A stretch of DNA of 62,763 nt, counting the filler, from Globobulimina sp. (taxonomy: Eukaryota): NCBI GenBank assembly GCA_003354225.1. It is 34 parts of 34 records of this genome, joined end to end, with 100 filler letters (N's around TTAATTAATTAA, not from the genome) between each part and the next. Parts side by side here need not be neighbours in the genome. Positions count along the whole stretch, not along the records: positions 59,170 to 60,916 come from PIVH01012405.1; positions 61,017 to 62,763 come from PIVH01012406.1; 32 more parts are not named here. The stretch is one strand, 5' to 3'. The notes beneath the pieces are model-generated. The model was not told the DNA's origin, ran no database searches, and worked only from the letters and a program-made list of their open reading frames with translations. Position numbers and translations under genes: made by a program. This document shows, piece after piece, positions 59,461-62,763 of this stretch (position 1 is the first letter of the stretch; every line of letters begins with the position of its first letter).

Positions 59461-60241
59461 GTTGTAACTTTTTTTTTCTATTAATTTAAGACATGTACAT
59501 CTTGGTTTTCCTTCGTTTCTCAGAAACAAAAAAAATCTCAAGTTGAAAACATGTGACTTTTTAGGTCTCACACTTCACAGTTCTGAAGTTTTGGCGCTGG
59601 TCAACACAATCTTTGTCAAACAAACGTTAGAAATCAGTTGTCACATCACCTAGGAACTGAATCCACCGAATCTCGCTCGACTTGGCAAGAAATATCATGA
59701 TTTATGCATTGAGAGTATGTATACAGTGTCAGACAATATACTGCGTTTCTATTCATTTCAAATAATTTTACAGAGCAAGAAAAGGCAAAAAATAGAAATA
59801 CTGTGCAATGGACGCGAAAATATATTATTGATATTTTATATAATTACTGTGCTTTCTTACAATATAATTACTTTTTTTTATATAATTAAGCCTTGCCCTA
59901 GGTCCTAGGTCCTGCATTCTTACAATTTCTTACTGGTTTACAATCCTTTAAGAAAAAAAGTTTGAACTTCTTACCTAGGGTCCAATTTTAATTACGTCAT
60001 TTACCAACATTCCCTTATGCGCAGTATTTTTTGTTATTTTATTCTGTTCATTCTGACATAGCTTGTGTTACATGAATTTGTTGTTTGTTTTATGTGTGAC
60101 ACCTCTGAATAAAATACGATCACAACTGAACAATGAAATTAGTTCAATACATAACAAAATAATAAATTGAAAATTAAGATTGAGGGAAAAAAATAAAAAA
60201 AAAATAATGTGATCCTCAATGAGAGCAACAAAACTAAATAT

Positions 60242-60820
60242 TTAGCAATGCGTTTCTTGATTAAAATGATTCAATTTCCAATGGTTGCTTATATCGCCTT
60301 TGGTGGTCGAAGTGCGCCTACATTTTGTTCCATTAATCGACAACAGACATTTGTACGGTTTCTGCTTTGTATGCATGGCAATGTGTGCTATGAAATTAGT
60401 AGAATGCGAGGAAACTGCCGGCGTTCCGGAACCATCTTTTTTACAACATCCAAAATCACATTCCATCCAATTTCTATTCCAATCATTGACATAATGCGTT
60501 TTAATGTGATCTCTATATTTCACAAAATCATCAAAATATTTGTGGCAAAGATGGCATTGCATACAAAAAATATAACTTTCCTCAAAATCCACAGATTCAT
60601 CATCTGATTCAATACAACTTAAACTGTCATCGTTTTTATTTTTATCTTTATCCACTGCTTTCGTACAATGTTGTCGATGGAAATGTTTTTTGAGATAACT
60701 TTTCATTCCAGAAACATTCCTACATTTCGCACCATCAATTCTTATATTTATATATTGATACATTACGAAAATACAGTACCTTACAATCAAAGTACACAAC
60801 AAAAATACCTCAAATTGCAT
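60242..60820 (-). CDS. C2H2 zinc-finger protein (divergent fingers), true 5' end uncertain
   Basis: CHLCHKYF...HIKTH, CDFGCC...HIAMHTKQKPYKC...HWKLNH. Confidence 0.8.
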   Translation of the reverse strand: MQFEVFLLCTLIVRYCIFVMYQYINIRIDGAKCRNVSGMKSYLKKHFHRQHCTKAVDKDKNKNDDSLSCIESDDESVDFEESYIFCMQCHLCHKYFDDFVKYRDHIKTHYVNDWNRNWMECDFGCCKKDGSGTPAVSSHSTNFIAHIAMHTKQKPYKCLLSINGTKCRRTSTTKGDISNHWKLNHFNQETHC

Positions 60821-61016
60821 CGAAATGGATAGTCCTTTGTATGTGCGGCAATGTGGTTTATAAAGCCTTCAAATCCAGAAAATAGCGGCTTATACGGATC
60901 TATTTTGCAGCCAAAANNNNNNNNNNNNNNNNNNNNNNNNNNNNNNNNNNNNNNNNNNNNTTAATTAATTAANNNNNNNNNNNNNNNNNNNNNNNNNNNN
61001 NNNNNNNNNNNNNNNN

Positions 61017-61739
61017 GACGGCTCAGTGGGGCCGATCAGCGATGTTTTCGACTACACCGTGGGGGTTGCGCCGGCACCGGACGGCGATATTTATGTCTGC
61101 GATTTCGGGCCGACCATGTTTCCCGATGACAACGATGCCGCAGATGGAAAAATCGTACGACTCTCCCCGGACGGGACGACCCGGGTCTGGGGAACCGGCA
61201 TACCGGATCCGAATTTTGCCGGCGAACTCACGGACGGTTCTTTACTGATATCCGATGATTTTCGAAACAACATCTATGTCATTGCTCAGGGCGGAGGAGT
61301 AGCCACCATCTGGCATACCGGAATCGATGCCCCGAATGGTCTGGCGTTTTCGCTGGATACCACCGAACTCTATGTAGCACAGACATTTTCCCCGGCAGGC
61401 ACTTATAATCTCGATTCCAGGGTCTGGAAAATAGCTGTGGACAGCAACGGCTCGGCCGTGGGCCAGGCAACTCTGTTGGTGGAGCTGGAGGAAATAGCCG
61501 GAAATGACGGTCTGGCGGTGGATGAGAATGGATTTATTTATGTGGCGGCCAATGCCATCGGCAAAATCGTCCGGATCGATCCTCTGGACGGATCTACAGA
61601 GGTGGTTGCAGAGAATCTTCCCTTTGTTGCCAGCCTTGCATTCGGCAAGGGAGACTTCAATCACACCTCGATTTATGCCACCCAGCTTTTCGGCGGAAAT
61701 ATTTGGGAAATCCCGGTCGGCATCGAAGGGGCATTATAA
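61017..61739 (+). CDS. Bacterial SMP-30/gluconolactonase/LRE beta-propeller, 5'-partial
   Basis: PNGLAFS.D...LYVA, DGLAVDENG.IYVA, ASLAFG; GC-rich and intronless. Confidence 0.88.
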   Translation, partial: DGSVGPISDVFDYTVGVAPAPDGDIYVCDFGPTMFPDDNDAADGKIVRLSPDGTTRVWGTGIPDPNFAGELTDGSLLISDDFRNNIYVIAQGGGVATIWHTGIDAPNGLAFSLDTTELYVAQTFSPAGTYNLDSRVWKIAVDSNGSAVGQATLLVELEEIAGNDGLAVDENGFIYVAANAIGKIVRIDPLDGSTEVVAENLPFVASLAFGKGDFNHTSIYATQLFGGNIWEIPVGIEGAL

Positions 61740-61804
61740 GAGGTATGAATAACATAAGAAAAAGGGCGAAAAAAATAGGACTCATATTGATATTTTTATA
61801 GGGG

Positions 61805-61951
61805 AACCACGAAATACACTAAATACACGAAAGTTTAATAAATATTATTCAATAAAATTCTAAAAAATTCTTATCGAGGTTCCATACCGGAGCCCCTCTT
61901 TACACTTCCGGCGCAGCCGGAGTAAATAACCTTTTCGTGTGTTTCGTGGTT
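61805..61951. repeat. REPIN/MITE-like palindromic element, copy 1 (147 bp)
   Basis: Left end aaccacgaaatacactaaatacacgaaa, right end tttcgtgtgtttcgtggtt, internal hairpin ccggcgcagccgg. Confidence 0.8.
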
Positions 61952-62011
61952 AAAAGGTGAAATGATGTCACATCTTGACGGGTTGTTGCCCAAATAGATT
62001 AAATCAGGGAC

Positions 62012-62470
62012 ATGAATATGTTTAAAAAAAGTCTTCAACATCAAATTGAGATTCAAGCGCCGGTTAACACTGTATGGGATAATATCATCAACATAAAGGA
62101 TTATTCCAAATGGAATCAGTTGACACCGGCAATATCACTTGAGTTAGTTGTTGGATATGAATTTTTGCTTAATACCCATTTGAGTGAAAAAGAAGTAATA
62201 AAAAAAGAGCCCATGGTTATGCTTTCATTTAATCCGGAAAATTATGAACTGTCCTGGGGCACATCCCGCAAAAACCCCCAATTCCCCGGTATAAAAACAT
62301 GTCGACGTCAAACATGCATGTCACTTAAAGAGAACAAAACGCTATTTATTCATGACCAAAAATTCGAGGGCTTTTTAACACCCCTTGTAATCTTGCTTTA
62401 TAAAAATAAATTAAATAAAGTGTTTCATCTCTACTGTGAAAGCTTAAAAAGAAATTCCGAATCAATTTAG
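62012..62470 (+). CDS. SRPBCC/polyketide cyclase-dehydrase family protein
   Basis: IEIQAPVNTVW..I.....YSKWN, FEGFLTPL, LKRNSE; aggga RBS. Confidence 0.85.
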   Translation: MNMFKKSLQHQIEIQAPVNTVWDNIINIKDYSKWNQLTPAISLELVVGYEFLLNTHLSEKEVIKKEPMVMLSFNPENYELSWGTSRKNPQFPGIKTCRRQTCMSLKENKTLFIHDQKFEGFLTPLVILLYKNKLNKVFHLYCESLKRNSESI

Positions 62471-62484
62471 GGGTAAAAATAATA

Positions 62485-62633
62485 AACCACGAAATACACG
62501 AAAGTTTTGCATGTCCGGCTACGCCGTTTTGGAAAATAAGTATCCAAATATGGATTTATACATCGTTTTTACAGGTTTCTCTTAATATACTATTTTTTAA
62601 TATTTTTTCGTGTAGTTCGTGTGTTTCGTGGTT
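62485..62633. repeat. REPIN/MITE-like palindromic element, copy 2 (149 bp), inverted relative to copy 1
   Basis: Left end aaccacgaaatacacgaaa, right end tttcgtgtagttcgtgtgtttcgtggtt. Internal tccggctacgccg is close to the reverse complement of the copy 1 motif. Confidence 0.8.
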
Positions 62634-62685
62634 AATAAAAAATTAAACTGACAGTATGCATAAAGCAGGAAAGGAGGAAAGCGAA

Positions 62686-62763
62686 TTGGAGACCAACCTA
62701 AAATCAAAGGTGTTCCAGGAATTCTATGAAGCGACCAATACCATCGCCAATCCATACATACGC
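62686..62763 (+). CDS. Start of a bacterial gene, possibly a 2-hydroxyacyl-CoA dehydratase subunit
   Basis: aaggagg RBS plus TTG; only 26 codons visible (METNLKSKVFQEFYEATNTIANPYIR). Confidence 0.4.
   Translation, partial: METNLKSKVFQEFYEATNTIANPYIR

Noticed and set aside
1752..61016. Regularly spaced TTAATTAATTAA motif as a CRISPR-like or biological repeat
   Set aside because: Always centred in fixed N runs between length-sorted contigs, so it is a concatenation linker. ORF tails reading XXXX-LIN are artefacts of it.

Overview
This window is not one locus. It is 34 unrelated contigs of about 1.75 kb (1751 down to 1747 bp), joined by 33 identical artificial 100-bp linkers (N44-TTAATTAATTAA-N44). 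Most contigs come from an AT-rich microbial eukaryote with short GT-AG introns (57-74 bp). I infer a foraminiferan/rhizarian from tandem MATH domains, a 7TM-RGS protein and Cys-rich surface proteins, but no marker gene is present to confirm it. Recognisable eukaryotic genes: NOP53, carbamoyl-phosphate synthetase GATase domain, IFT43, AAR2, CDC40/PRP17, GBF1-type Arf-GEF, histidine phosphatase, CYP450, amino-acid transporter, MORN and C2H2 proteins. Mobile DNA: a decayed Penelope-like retroelement, two LINE ORF2 fragments, an 846-bp TIR element and satellites. Non-eukaryotic material: a T4-like phage contig, a bacterial contig (probably deltaproteobacterial), and bacterial fragments joined abruptly to eukaryotic DNA, most likely amplification chimeras. 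Best leads: (1) a branched GAA/TTC-loop palindrome at a contig end next to an orphan ORF with a possible chromo-like segment; (2) an intron-containing, membrane-anchored GH5 cellulase with an expansin-like domain; (3) an AT-rich bacterial gene bracketed by two inverted ~148-bp REPIN/MITE-like elements; (4) a formin-like tail with an RPEL-like motif and a Zn module. All family calls are motif recognition by eye; no searches were run.
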